Both the position numbers and the translations under genes were made by a program. A model generated the notes under the pieces. It saw nothing but the letters and a program-made list of their open reading frames with translations. It made no database searches and was not told the DNA's origin. Source: Fimbriosthenelais zetlandica (taxonomy: Eukaryota). Taken from it: 64,000 nt of DNA. Shown in pieces: positions 10,297 through 23,700 of the stretch (positions are counted from its first letter, which is position 1; every line of letters starts with the position of its first letter). The stretch spans positions 24,800,001 to 24,864,000 of the forward strand of contig OZ365114.1 of the NCBI GenBank assembly GCA_977030845.1. The letters are read 5' to 3'.

Positions 10297-13241
10297 TTAT
10301 ATGGAGCAGTGTTGGCCTATTACAGCTTTCAGACAAATATAGAGCCTTGTCTCGAGCAGAGAGAATCGGCCCTGATTTGAAGGAATATTCCTTTTCACAT
10401 TAGTACCATCTATGATAGCGAGGGTCTAGATTGTTCAGTAGAGCAGAAAGTCTCGCGTCTTGTGATGTGAGAGGTACATCTTAAAACAAGCCACAAGATG
10501 GAGCCCCGATGGGCTGAAAAAGATCACAGATTCTTGATCCCGTTTGAGATCTTGTTCCCATACGAGGCTTGGATGAGATCTTAGGACTATAGACCTAAAT
10601 GCTTTCTTTTATCTCTTTAACTTTTTATTACGCTTTTTACTTAGTAATACAATGTTGTTTTCTCCTGATTAGAAAGGGGGAAATGAGATCCTGATCCTAT
10701 TTAGTATCAACTGAAAGCCTGCCTCTGATTTTCTTCAAATGACTTTTCAGATTTGTTGGCCTCCTGTGGCAAATAGATTTGGGCAGGAGCTTCAGACCTT
10801 ACACGGAACAAAGTATATTTTGAATAGTTTCATTAATTATTTTCATGGCTTGTATGATCTTTGGTTTGTTACAATGAGACTTCCATAAAAGGATCTTCCA
10901 GGGATATCTCAGGGTTCTCTAGGAGAATTTAACTATTGGTCCTAATTTCACTTGGCGATTTAACATGATACAGGATCATGAGAATCTTTTTCAATTATTG
11001 CCCCATGTGATTTACTTGTAAAAACCCAATACCTGATATGCAGATATATCACGTTTCCGGATTTAACACACATGTAAACATCATGAACATGATTTCTGAC
11101 CTTCTAGTATCAAATTCCCCATTTTAATATAACTCAGCTATACAACGTGAAATATCATCCCACACTTCATCTTTCAATAGGATTTTATATGTATAAAAAG
11201 GATTAGAATCATAAGTAGCATATGGACTTCAAGGTCAAATTGTTTTCAATCCTTTTACTTGCATATATACAGAAGCCTGATATAGAAGGGTCAATTGGAT
11301 GATTTTGCTAAGGATCTTACAATGCCGTACAAGGAGACGTCGATCTAAACCCTAATAGACTTAAATGTAAGCTAAGTACTACATAAGAAGCACAGTGCAT
11401 TTCTCAGCTATAGCATTATAATGTCTTATCATTGATAAGGGTGTTCATCACGCCTTGACGAACCATGTGTTACACATCTCTGACTGGGTGGTGATTGCAC
11501 CCGCACCCCTTCATGCAGCCATCTACCTCTCTTGCCAAGCCCACCACGTGGGTTCACTGACCCCACATGGTGCCAAGGCAAAATGGCGATATAGGCTAAG
11601 ATTTCTTTTTTTTGGTAGAGTGTACATGTATCGATTGAAGCATATTTTCAATCCGACATTTAATGAATATAACTTTAGTCTCACACTCGGCAAGTAAATG
11701 GACGTATCCTGTGAGGTTCGCTGCCTTGTTTTCTTTTGTCCTAGGATTCTTTTGTAATAGGATCAAATTTATAATATCAAATCAAATAATATTATGATAT
11801 TTCCAGATGTGCATTTTTCTTCAGGTAAAATGCAAACATACAAAAAGCTATAATGTATCTGCTAGCAGAGGTACAAGATGTGAAATGAGATGCTAAATAG
11901 TTACTTAGTGTTGCATGAGGCCCCCAATAACACGTAAGGAGTATAAAATTACTTCTAACTATGTCCTGTCCGGAAAAGATATTGCATTGTTGCCTTGTCT
12001 GACAGTATATTGTAAAAGACGCGCTTTCTAACAGGGAGAGTATCATTTCTCTGTACTAGTGTTATGTGATATCTTTCCACTATAATAATATTTAACAATG
12101 CAGCATCGGATCTTCATGAGTCTGCAGTGTCACTTACATATTATGTATACAAATCCAAGTTTCATTGTATATATACGCCTATATTTGGCCATGTATGCTG
12201 ATGTAGAATGACTTATACAGGGCGTTTATATGCTATCCCTGGCCATATGACTTTCCAATAACAGAATAAAAAGTGCGAAGATCGAGATGAGGGACCAGAC
12301 ATTGGAGGCCCAATATTCTACATGGATAAAAATAGTTTGATATGAAAAGGTCAAAAGAGATTGAGATGAAGGAAAATATAGCCAGAGTTATATGTAGGAG
12401 AGGCGCAATAGAATAATAGGGACGAGGTTTGTTTTACCCAGGTTGGAAGAACGTGATGAGCTGTTAGGGTGTGGGAAGTCACTATACGGCGTGTGAAATG
12501 AGGGGATTTAGAGCGTGAGAAAGGGGAAGACAAGAGAGAACAAAACGAGAAGGCGACTAGAGGACAGTGCATTATGCACAGTGTCCTCGTTCACTCAAAG
12601 CCAGAACTAATTCCTTCCCACAATAACTGTCCCCGTGTACAGACCGGAAGAATGGTCGGAAGTTGGCCGGGATATTTAGATTGACCCAGTGCTGAGAATT
12701 ATGGGAATTGTTCAGGTGCTGGGCTATTGTAAATCCAATCATTGCACTGACTGACAGACAAGCAAAATATTATCTAGCTAAATATCAAGGCAAAGCTCCG
12801 ACAAGTCGATATTGGGACGTGTGTGAGAATAGGTAAATGGCTGGCAAGGACTGAATCTGTGACCTGACAAGAACGAATCTGACTTAAGCAAGCTGGAAGA
12901 GGCTTCCAGAGTAGAGGCCACTTCCGGGCCACTTACATAAACAAAGCATCGGCATCAAGTGCTCTTTTTAAGTATTAGATTTGATATGTTCATGCAAAAT
13001 GACATTAAAATATATTCTTTGTAGGGGGATACATATACATGTATACATAATTGACTGAGAAGTCGTATAGGTTTTAGCCCGCGGGTTTCCCATCCCATTC
13101 GCTGGAGGGGAATACTAACACCAATACGACTAGAGGTCAGTTGTATATTTATGCTATCCCTTCCGCATATTCAAAGAAATAATGGAAGACTGTCTTTATC
13201 TAGCGCTTCCGACAGTCACCGCTGTGTTTTGACTTTCGTCT

Positions 13242-13307
13242 GCCATTTTGAATGTGTGACGTCAGAGCAACTATTGACCAATCAGAGAACCGGAAGTCAG
13301 GGCCAAT
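13242..13307. promoter_or_regulatory. Intronic promoter/enhancer-like motif cluster (YY1-like, CRE, CCAAT, ETS, CCAAT)
   Basis: GCCATTTTG 13242-13250, TGACGTCA 13257-13264, CCAATCAG 13278-13285, CCGGAAGT 13290-13297, CCAAT 13303-13307. Confidence 0.35.
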
Positions 13308-15859
13308 ACGATTCTTATGGACAACTGGTACGAAGGATAGCATAAAAGTTAAAACTCCTGTACTGAAAATACACACTGTTCTTTCACTGTTCCCTGTAAT
13401 CCTTATAGGGCAAGTACCACTTGTGCCTGATGCTCAGCATGATTTGGGTAGGATAGTGGGGTAAATTGTGGTAATTACGACTCCCTGTAATTTGGGGTTT
13501 CCCTACTATAACTACCCTTTAATTCGAAAGCTTTACTCTAGTTGAATGGCCTAGTGTAAGGTTAATGGATCTTACCTGAAGGATTATTTGACCTTCTCAT
13601 TGAGTTTGATCAATATCATTAATTAGGAAACCAAGGATAGACATTTACAAGTGTCTTAGCTGGTGGAGATGGTTTAACTTCAACAATTGAATAGTTACTA
13701 ACTTTCAAGTCATCGCTTTATGAGAGTGAATATTTGATATCATCTTGGTGTATCATTGGTCTTGATGGCCCTGGTTGCTGTGTTTAAAACACAACAGTAG
13801 TCACGCCAAGCTTCTCAGGTCCGCTACTGATTTACGTTTATGCGTGTGTCTCCTTTCTTCCCTTGAAAGTAAAAGACACTCAAAGAGTCATTAAATGTGA
13901 CCAAGGCCAGTGGTAAGAATATTTATATGAAGTTCTCTAAGTGGTGGGCGTCACTGTGGTCAGTGTCCTGTGAGAGAGGTTAAAATAATGAATATAAGAC
14001 CTCAACTACATCACAGATAATGCACACGGAAACCCCATCATCTCCCTCACAAATGACTAGACGGTCAGTTCTATTAAAGATCTCTGTCTCCAAAAATGTT
14101 GTTAGACCTGCAAATGGGATTGTCACAAATCTAACTAGATTCTACATCACATCCTGTTAGTATGAATGAGTGTCAGCCCAGGATCCGAATTCTCACTGTA
14201 GAACGCAAAAATGACTGTGATCTTTGATTTGCCTTTTAAGGCGTTGTCTCTCAAGACACTGTATACATTCAAGATATGGACGGAAGTGCATTTTTCGATT
14301 TTTTTAAGGCCTTTGGTGATTTCACGCACGCTATCTTGCATGGACATGTAAGTTAATGAGTCATGAATCCGATTAATATAAAAATAGAAATAGGATAATA
14401 TGTATTAAACGTAGTCTTTTAAACTCATTCATGTAAAAGACGAAGCGGAGGTAAAGGCAAATATAACTCTGGAATGAATTAAAAGGCTGAAGCAAATGGG
14501 AAAAGCGATATTTGACGTGTTACAGTAAAAACTATACGAAGACACTTGGGTCTCTTTGATCTTGAGATACAAGATCAATTGGGCACAACCTGTGAAGAAA
14601 TAGGTCGTTGCTTAGAGAGATTCTTGGCTGAGTCTAAAGTAATTTTAAACTTGAATGTCACGTTCAATTTCCCAATAATATCTATAATAAGGTCCCTTGG
14701 CATGGATCGATTGATATCCTGGAAAATTCTTCTTACGGGAATTATAAAATCTTTCTCCTTCTCCGGGAGATAGATTACACAATGTCTCTAACAGTAGGGA
14801 ATGCCTTCATTCCCCCCTAACCACGAAATCCCTACAATCGGAGAGAGAAGTCAGTGTCATTATTGTTTCCCCTGCCGTTCCTTCATATTCGGTGCTCATG
14901 TTATGGGAATTGTTCCCTTCTAAGTGCCCAGGCAATCTTAAACTCTGTCGCAGTTGTCGGGCTGCCGTTCTCTATCTGCATTCTCTCCCTCGCTGGTCAT
15001 GTAATGGAATTCTCCTGGAGCGTGTGAAATGAGTGTTTCTGATGAAAAATAAGTGAAGGCCAAGCTAGAAAATGGAGCTTCCTCGGTAGAACATTTGGTA
15101 ATGCGTTCCCCCTGCCATTCAGAGTGGAATATGCATGCATGAGGAAGAGACGTTTCCTTTTGTTAGGAATTTGATATTATGTAGATATGGAAGATGCCAA
15201 TGATATAGCTATCTTGTAGCTAACCAGGCAGTTACTATTGAATCACAAATGTGGGTTCACATACACCTCCTTGTCTGCGGAAGCGATAGGGATCTGTATG
15301 TGTTTTGGGTGGTATTCAATGAGCATGAGTTTAACACTGGCTGGTGGGGAGATGTGGGTGATCACTTTGTTAATTGTTGCCTGTTAATTAGCTCCTCCCT
15401 ACAGGAGACAACTTAATCATTAAATGCTCATGTAGGTCGCTCTTCTCACGCATCCTATTGTTAACGCTGATCTAGGTAGTGCAAGAGAATTAGATAATTG
15501 TCTCTGTACAACAATCCATGGAACATTCAACTTACCACCACTAACTGATCATAATTACGAACGAGCCCCGCCCTCAAGATGTTAACATCACATAACCCTC
15601 TCATATTACACCCTCCCAGGTCTGCCACCTGAGTCTCAGTGCAGGTAACTGTATGGTAGCCAAATGAGGGGACGGTACTGACACTATGATCTAAGTATGT
15701 CTACTCCACTCGTGGGAGTGATATTCAATAGAAGTACTTAATCAGAACCAGTACCATTTCAGCTGTCACATTTCCATGTACTACTTCTGCAGAATTCCAT
15801 AACTACAGAATGAGAAAGCTCACATAATGAATTCTCAAGTATGGAGAGCGAGCGAGAGC

Positions 15860-15862
<3 letters not shown>

Positions 15863-15896
<34 letters not shown>
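15863..15896. repeat. (AG)17 microsatellite within a purine-rich tract (~15844-15925)
   Basis: Direct reading. Confidence 0.97.
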
Positions 15897-15902
<6 letters not shown>

Positions 15903-16559
15903 GGAGCAAGAGAGAAGACCGAGATAAGGGAGTGCTTTTGAAAACCCCTAAAAGGAGAGAAAGAAGCTCTCTCCCTCTGAGAAACTCCCCAGAACAATTC
16001 CACATAGCCCGAAACTCTCCCCCTTCTCCACTGGAATATTTACCGTTCACAGCAAAACCACCACCTCCATCCCGAAGCGTTAATCTTCCCATCGAATAAA
16101 TGTGAAAAAGGGTCACTTGAGCACCAACGTGTCAATAATCATTTTCCACCTCCCTCTTCGGAATGCACCCAATATTTAATGGTTCCTCTTTTCCCTCAGA
16201 AACCGCAAAATGGTCCTTTCACACTAGGGTATGATGCCTGTGTTATAATGAAGATTGAAACTTTTCATTATCTTGATATCTACAAGGTAAGGAAAACCGG
16301 AAATGAGAAATCTGTGATGAGGAATGGTGGGTTTTGCAAGGTGTTCTAATGAATTGTAGAAAATACGATTAATGAAGACGGCCAGCATGCTGTGTGAAGC
16401 AATTGAGCCATGCCAGAAGCACGATTTGATGACCTCTTTAAGCTGCTGTCCAATCATCCCATGAACCAATGTTTTGTCTTAGCTTCTTTCTGTTAAACTG
16501 ATCGGCAGCCAGCCCATATGGATCCGTGTTGTCTAGGTCTGTAGCGAGATATGGAAACA

Positions 16560-17130
16560 GCATAACATCAAGTCTGGATCCTTTATGCCCAGTAGGAGGG
16601 TAATGGCTTCCCCCAGGCCTGGTACCAAGCCCTAAGTGTTCAGGATTGAATTTTCTATGTGCTCTTCTCAGTGCTACATTACATTCAGTAGGACGTACCT
16701 GACGGTATGCTCAGGGTAGAAGCAGTGTCGGGTTGCTTTGTTATTGATCCATGTTTAAATATAGATGTCGGATTAAGATGCCTTAAAAGGGTATACCACT
16801 AAGCTATCTAAGGTGTTGTCTTCATCCAAAAACCTAGCTTCTGTTTTTATGTTTGAGCATTCATTATCATAAAGTAAGCTGTTTTGTCCATCAAGTATGC
16901 CATACGACTGACGTACGTCAAGGAAATGACTCTGAGGACATGGAGCTTACTTGACACAGTGTTCTTTAGCAGCTTCTTGAATTTCTTTTTCACAATATGC
17001 TGTGACCCATTGTCGTTTGCGCTGGCGTGGGAAACAACCCAGCAGAGTCATTAATTGCCTTTATAAATGCACTTTCCACATTGATGAAGGTGGAACACCC
17101 GTTCAGTCATTAAACTAATCATTTCCAAAT
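16560..17130 (-). mobile_element. Decayed LTR-retrotransposon (Gypsy-like) integrase core fragment
   Basis: Minus-strand translation DNGSQHIVKKKFKKLLKN (D codon 17012-17014), then after a frameshift APCPQSHFLDVRQ, resembling the rve pattern DNGxQFxSxxFxxF...SAPYHPQSNGxAER. Downstream LLP*AYRQ...TRPGEAITLLLG resembles LLAYRxTPHxTTGxSPxxLLxG. Stops and frameshifts present. Confidence 0.55.
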
Positions 17131-18929
17131 CTTTCTTATCAGCATTGGCGTCTTCCGTTGTGCCCATCACGACAAGGCCTCCAAACTGTGAGGATTCATA
17201 TTCACTCTGAGATAAATGATGGCTGAACATTTTGGATTCTAATTGGATTTCGGTGTTGAGCTTGATCAAGTAAGGAGGGGACTGGTAAACCTTATCAGCT
17301 TGCTGCCAGAAATATTGATACAGATACTTAACTAGAAGACCATTGTTTATAGGTCCATCTCAAGCAAGGCAGGGATGTCATTGGTTTACTTGAAAGATGA
17401 AGGAACCAGTCTTGGATGGTCTCTCTCAGATGAGGACTAGCATGGAAAGTTTCCTTTGAAAGAATAATAAGTGATCGATGTGAACCTGCCTCACCTCATC
17501 TTTCCTTCCCGTTCTCCCGCTATTCCTTCTCCTCCCATAACACCAATATCCAATCTCAATCATTATCCGCCAGCTTTGGCAGCACCGGATTGACAGCCGT
17601 GGATGCCTTTCAGACTGTCGCAAAATAAGGTGTCGTAAATTTGCTGTTCTATAGTTGTCCTTTGACTGCGCGAAGGGATAAATATAGAGTCATATCCTAT
17701 TGTTATATGGAGTACAGTTTGGTTTGTACATTTTCATATGTAATAGTTTCACATAATAATGGAAGTGCATAACAAATGTATTGAAAGATATGAAAAAGAA
17801 ATAATTATAGTGCAGAGTTTCTGTATTATATTAGTTCGAAATTTAATTTTTGATTGAAGAGCATAAACTTTATCCTTCATAAAAACAGCTACGGCTTTGT
17901 TGGGATTCTATTAACCTCCTGATCCTGGGATCAATCCCCTATTATCAAGCAGATTATTTCCTTTGCACATTAACCTATGTTAGACACATACACCGGATGC
18001 CCCTCTGACAGTTTCCTGACGGGAAGACGTGCCAAGCATTCTCTCTCTGGGATAAAGCTGCAGAGGACCGGCGAGTTCAATTACGTTCAGTACAGAATAT
18101 AATAATGCTGTTAAGTGACTTGTTGCGGGATACGGCTAAAGGACATTCAAACAACATACATCTTGGGACTAATATTGTGTGCCACATATTATGTTTGCTC
18201 ATTCTTGTACACAGAGCTATCATTTCTGCAAGTCTTGATCTTGTCATGGCAGAGAAATCCCGTTAATATACATGGCTCATGACTCTTATTGTAAGATGAT
18301 TCATTTTCGCCAGTCACATTTGCAGGTCTGTCTTTCAGCTGAGATGTCACAATTTCGCAGTGTGTGTCAGGCTTAATGCATGAGATGATAATATTGAACC
18401 TGTTTACTCACAGCTTCACTGTCAGTTTGTCCTCATGATGATTGATGTGGGCATACACAAATCTCCTACCAACAAATATCTGCCATGTCGTTACTTGCAT
18501 CTTATTGTCATGTCCACCTATCACGTGATTTATCATAGAACACGTGACCAGCGTCACCGAAAAATAACCAGTTTCTTCATATTTCACCTCTATGTGGTTA
18601 ATTGTATGCTACATGTTATTCGGTCAATTATCAAGCATTGGCTTGTAAAATTAGGTTATCATATATACATAGTTGTATACAGTTGGAAAGATTCAGAGAA
18701 GAAATGCATATTGACCATCCCTGTTCTATTGCGCAGCAGTTTTCAGTCCCGACTGAAGAATCTATTATCTACAGAAGGCAGGCAATTTGAGAAGGAATTT
18801 ATTTGTGTGAAAATAGACCTCGAGGAAAAGGTTGAGTCCATTTGTTTATTGAAAATCACCTCTGGGTTCCTTGAGAAGATTAGTTGACTGGCCATTGGAG
18901 GATGTCTCATGGATATCTGGGACCTAGAA

Positions 18930-19300
18930 GAGGATCTACTCAAAGACATATTTCACTGTGTATTCGTTCCTGGACTGAAACAAAACAATTAGGCATACAT
19001 GATACGGAGTTCCTGGTTTCGTCAGAGTAGTCCGTACTGAAAATCACTTAGGACAAGAACCATTTATAATTGATGTCCGTAACAATAGTCTTGGTGTTTT
19101 CCAGGTCAGACGAATAAAATGAAAGAAACAAATTGAACGCTTATGGGTATTTCCTGTGATCCATCGATGGTTTCATATCTTCCTTAACATTTGTTGCAAT
19201 ATTTCACAGTTGATATTGATATTCACTTCGCTTTGATTGATGCTGAATTGCTGCCACGCCCTCCAAATATGGGTTTAACCGATAGTGACACTGAACACAA
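18930..19300 (-). mobile_element. Possible second decayed integrase fragment
   Basis: Minus-strand KTIVTDINYKWFLS*VIF...RNSVSCMPNCFVSVQERIHSEI loosely resembles PxxIxTDxGxxFxSxxF...RTTxYHPxxNGxxERxH; CVQC lies ~200 nt upstream. Weak. Confidence 0.25.
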
Positions 19301-20687
19301 AACCACCTTTTAGGCGGAATGATCGATTGCTTAAAACATAGAGGAGTTCCACCTGACAAGTCATAACCTCGATTCTCCAGGGGTATTGTTATTCCGCAAG
19401 GAGAATTGGCACTTGAAAAGGTGGCTTTCATGAGCCCACTGTGACATTGAAACTGTCAATGGGGTGATAGAAATAGTGAAGCATGGGTGTCCTGGAAATG
19501 AAGTTTTTTTTCCGAGTGAGCATGGTTTAAATTCTAGAGTCGATGCCACGCCCATGCAACACCTCATGGTATACACCTATTATATTTAAAAAGATAATGC
19601 ATTTGAATACAATGTCCCTAATGACCATTTCAGCCTTCCGGAAATATCCACCTTAAGAATGCCATCTTAAAACGGATTCTCTTCCATATAGCCCATATTG
19701 GATTTAGTTATTTTTCCTGAAGCATAGTGGCCTTCGATGGTCCAATCATGAAAAAAAAAAATATGCATTTGTTGCCATTTTTGGGCTGTTGACTGTTGAG
19801 AAAAATGTAGCCTTAGTAAAGGTAGATGGACAATGTGAAGGTTGCCAGTGGAGGCTCAGAGGACTTCACCCAGAAACCATGACATTGTGCCCTGCCCCTT
19901 TCCCGGGCATGTCATATCACGTGTCATGAACATGTGACTAGTTTTTATACAAGTGCCCGTATCTAAAGTCGTCCACATTATGCTCGGGTCATCAGCCTGG
20001 ACATGAACATCATCAGCAGGCCTTCTCTGTGGCAACAACAGACACCGCTATTAAAGATTCTAACATAAAAACACTAACTCTTTTCCACGCGATTAACTAG
20101 CAATAAATCGTTTGGAAGACCTCGGGTCTTTTCCATAAATGTACTTAACTCCATGTGATCTGTTGCACTAGATTACAAAAATTTGACATCTTTGTATTTG
20201 TTTCCCTTTGGCGGGGCCGACTGATGAATGACAATTAGATCTTTTTATCTATTGGCTGTTCAATATGTTCGCAAACAGTTACTCCCGTGATGTTATTAGA
20301 TGTATTTTACAGGTATTTGCAAAAAAAAAAAGTGATATATCATTCAGGCGATATTTGAACATATGACAACAAATGACTGGTATACATTTTTTTTGGATCC
20401 CGTGTCCAGATATAACTAACTAAAGTCATAGAATTCATGTCAGGGAATGAGAGTTTTGCTTAAAATGTTTCTCAAGTCCTCCTGATTTAACGGTGCGAAC
20501 ATGAGTGATGAAGATGCATTGAAGCACCCAACCTTAACACAAGCACCTCAATTAAGTATGATTGATCCAAAGTGTTTCAGTGGTGAGTCTTTTCCTTGCA
20601 GTGTGAACATATTAGGCACTGATCAAAATATTGCTCAGGCTATGCAAGGTAGATGAAAATTAAAAATTGTAGGGAATCAATAATGGA

Positions 20688-20722
20688 CCCCCCCCACCCC
20701 CCCCAAAGAAAAAAAAAAAAAA
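20688..20722. repeat. C8-A-C8 run followed by an A-rich run
   Basis: CCCCCCCCACCCCCCCC AAAG AAAAAAAAAAAAA, read directly. Confidence 0.9.
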
Positions 20723-23700
20723 GAGGAAGAAGAAGCCATGTCGGGATGCTGTTCGATGCTGTTATTCACATTTACTGAAGTTAGAGAATTGTACGAACAC
20801 ACCATACAGTCTAGATGGTGATGGTGGCCACTACAATGTGTATACAAGGGTAACATATAAGTGTGTAATGGCTAGCAATAGTATAGTACACAGTACACTT
20901 CTACTCTTCCCCGGCAACCAACCCCTTGTGTGGTCCACGTCTATTGACCACAGGAGGCCAAATTGAGACTGAATTACCTACAACTGTTTACACAGAATAT
21001 GCCCTAATCATTTGGGACAAGCGAACATAAGGCCAACGGGACCAATAAAATTACTATTGTGTTCAGTGACATATGAGAGTATGGGAGCAATCTCATTATA
21101 GGTGTTAGACAATCCCAGAATTAATTCTCAGAATTAACAGCATATATATGTCAGCCATTTTGCTTCTTGACAGTTACAGTATACAGATGTTCTGGGACAG
21201 GTTTGAGTCCATTCGTATTAGAATACGCCGCTCAATCCAGTCTTTCAATCGATGTATGGAAAACTGCAATAATGGGAAACAAAAAATGTCATATATCATA
21301 AAATCTTAATGTCATGGGAACCTAAACACATGTCTGATTATGTATTTATAGGAAACCTTATTTCGATATCGTCAAGAAAGTCTTGAGAATATACTTCGCC
21401 TTAAGAATAGGATTATGGACGATTCTGGAGCCCATTTCAAATACAATTTTACCATAGACTAACATGATTGCTAACGTTCCTTTTGTAACGGTCCCTAACC
21501 TACCCTGTGCTATTGTTATTAGGTTTTGCTGATTTTCGCCCAGCAATATGTCCGTCAATGTAATGGCTGTGGGTGACTATGATACTGAGTAATCTGCTGA
21601 GATCAAAATGGTATGAATTAGGAAGGTGATGTTATGGATTTCCCAGCTATGTAATGGATTCAAGTAATCATTAAGTCATCAATATAAGCTAACATTGTCA
21701 TGGCGGATAAATTATGCAGACCTATCTTTCCAATACACTGTCTCTTGTCTGTATCTGGAGCATATCTGGGTCCCTCTGTCTACTGGAGTGCCCCTGTCAG
21801 GGTGTGTCTGTCTGTCATTCTTTCCATCATTGTTTCCAAAGTCACAGAATGTTTTGCATGATTGCTGTGCATGATGGGTGTACTCAGTCCAGGACAATCT
21901 GTTTCCGAAATGCATTCACTGCGTTCAGGTTGACAGGTCCTGCTTGCCAAATTATCCTGAATATGTATGAAGCTGAAGCATTGATTGTGTAATTCATGCT
22001 GCTTGACAGGCTTGAGCAGGCGATATGTTCAAAATATTGACGTCACCTCCAGGCAAGCCGAAACTTCACTTGGCCAATTATCTCAGGACATGGAGGAAAA
22101 ACTTTTGCTTCCGCTTCTGCCTTGATTCTGATATGATGACCTGTAACGTGACGTGAAAAAAAATGGGAATTTTTATTTAAATTGCAATGACAGGATGATT
22201 GTGGGAAGTAAATTGGCCATTGTCAAATCTTTGCTAAGGAAAATACGACTGGCTGTAAAATGACGTGAACAAACTTGAAATTTACTGGCAGATCATCGTT
22301 GGGCAAGAAGTTCTAAATGGCCCTTCAGGTTGATGGGGATTTTTTTTTGCCACTGAGCTTACAATCCATATACATCTTTGCATGCATTTATATGTTCTAT
22401 ATTGATTATTCTTATGCTTCGACGTGGATATACCTGCTATGTATTTACCTAAAGCAGCAAAAACGTGTGCGGAACTGATGGCAATGAATGGGGCAGATTG
22501 AACCTGATGATTATGCTGACACACCTCTTCAAGGAAACATCAAACAACATCATTAGCTTTGTGGCAGACAGATCGTTTGATTTCACTCCACTTGGGAAGT
22601 GAGAGGTCTCGACAGAAAGTTAATTTTCTGATTAGAGACCATAATTGGCAAGATTGGCTCACTCCTCGATCTTTTTTGCAACTGTAGCCTTATTAACTAG
22701 CTTTTCAATTGCCTCATGTGCGAACATTTCAAATTCCTCTGCATTAGCACATTGCTCCTGTAAAGGCCAAAATTATCTGGTGAGACTTTGGATGAGGACT
22801 ATGTATGCCAAAAAAAATATTGCCTCTTTTCACTTGAGATAGGATAGACTGGGTGGAAGTTCATCAAGGCGCCTATACACCAGGTTTAGCCGTGGGTTTG
22901 TAAGCGCAGACAGCTGGACACTTTAACGACGTAGATAGGAGTCAGAGGAAATTAAATAGGTTTCAGTTACCAGTAGGAACCCCCGTCTCTCCTTTTCCTT
23001 AGTGTCAACAGCAGCCCTGTCCATGCCCTCTAGAAGTAGTCCCTCACCGCCTAGACTTGCACATTCTCCATGAATAGCTGTTGTATATTCAAGGCAGGCA
23101 AGAGAATCCTTGTCTTTGGAACTCATGATTAACAATTCATAAGGGAGGATATCGTATGTTTAAGGGGGAGGCTTGTTCCACCACCTGTGTCATAATCCAA
23201 TTGCTCAATGCTGCAAGATGTCAAGATTATGTGAATGTCTTGACAACATGGGAGACCATCTCAGGATGAGAGTTATAGCTTTTTCTTTTAAGTAGAGGAC
23301 CTGATTAGAGGCTATTTTGAACGTCTTTTGAATGCGGAATAGAGACCTGTTCACGTGGGAGGAGATGAGGCAAGTCGTATAGCACCCTCCACTAAATTCT
23401 GTCAGCTAAGCTGGCAAATGCTGGTGAGTCCTCCCCTGATTCCAGGCTTAGTTCAAGCGTTAAGGCAGGAGTTGTCAAAGTTGGTCGTCTTGGCATCAAA
23501 TGGCAGAATAAATCAATGGGGAGTTACTAGAGGATGTGGACAGAGGTTTTCTGATTATACTACTGGATCTATTTAAGCTACACTCCACCACTAAACGTGT
23601 GGCCACCAGGCAGCAATGAGAAGGAGGGGGTTTATTTCGACAGTATAATACGATCTGAAAGGAGGGTCCAATGTAAGCAATCTTGGTTTGATGGGGTTCC

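Noticed and set aside
15803-16116. ER-rich or SL-rich ORFs
   Set aside because: Translations of the (AG)n microsatellite.
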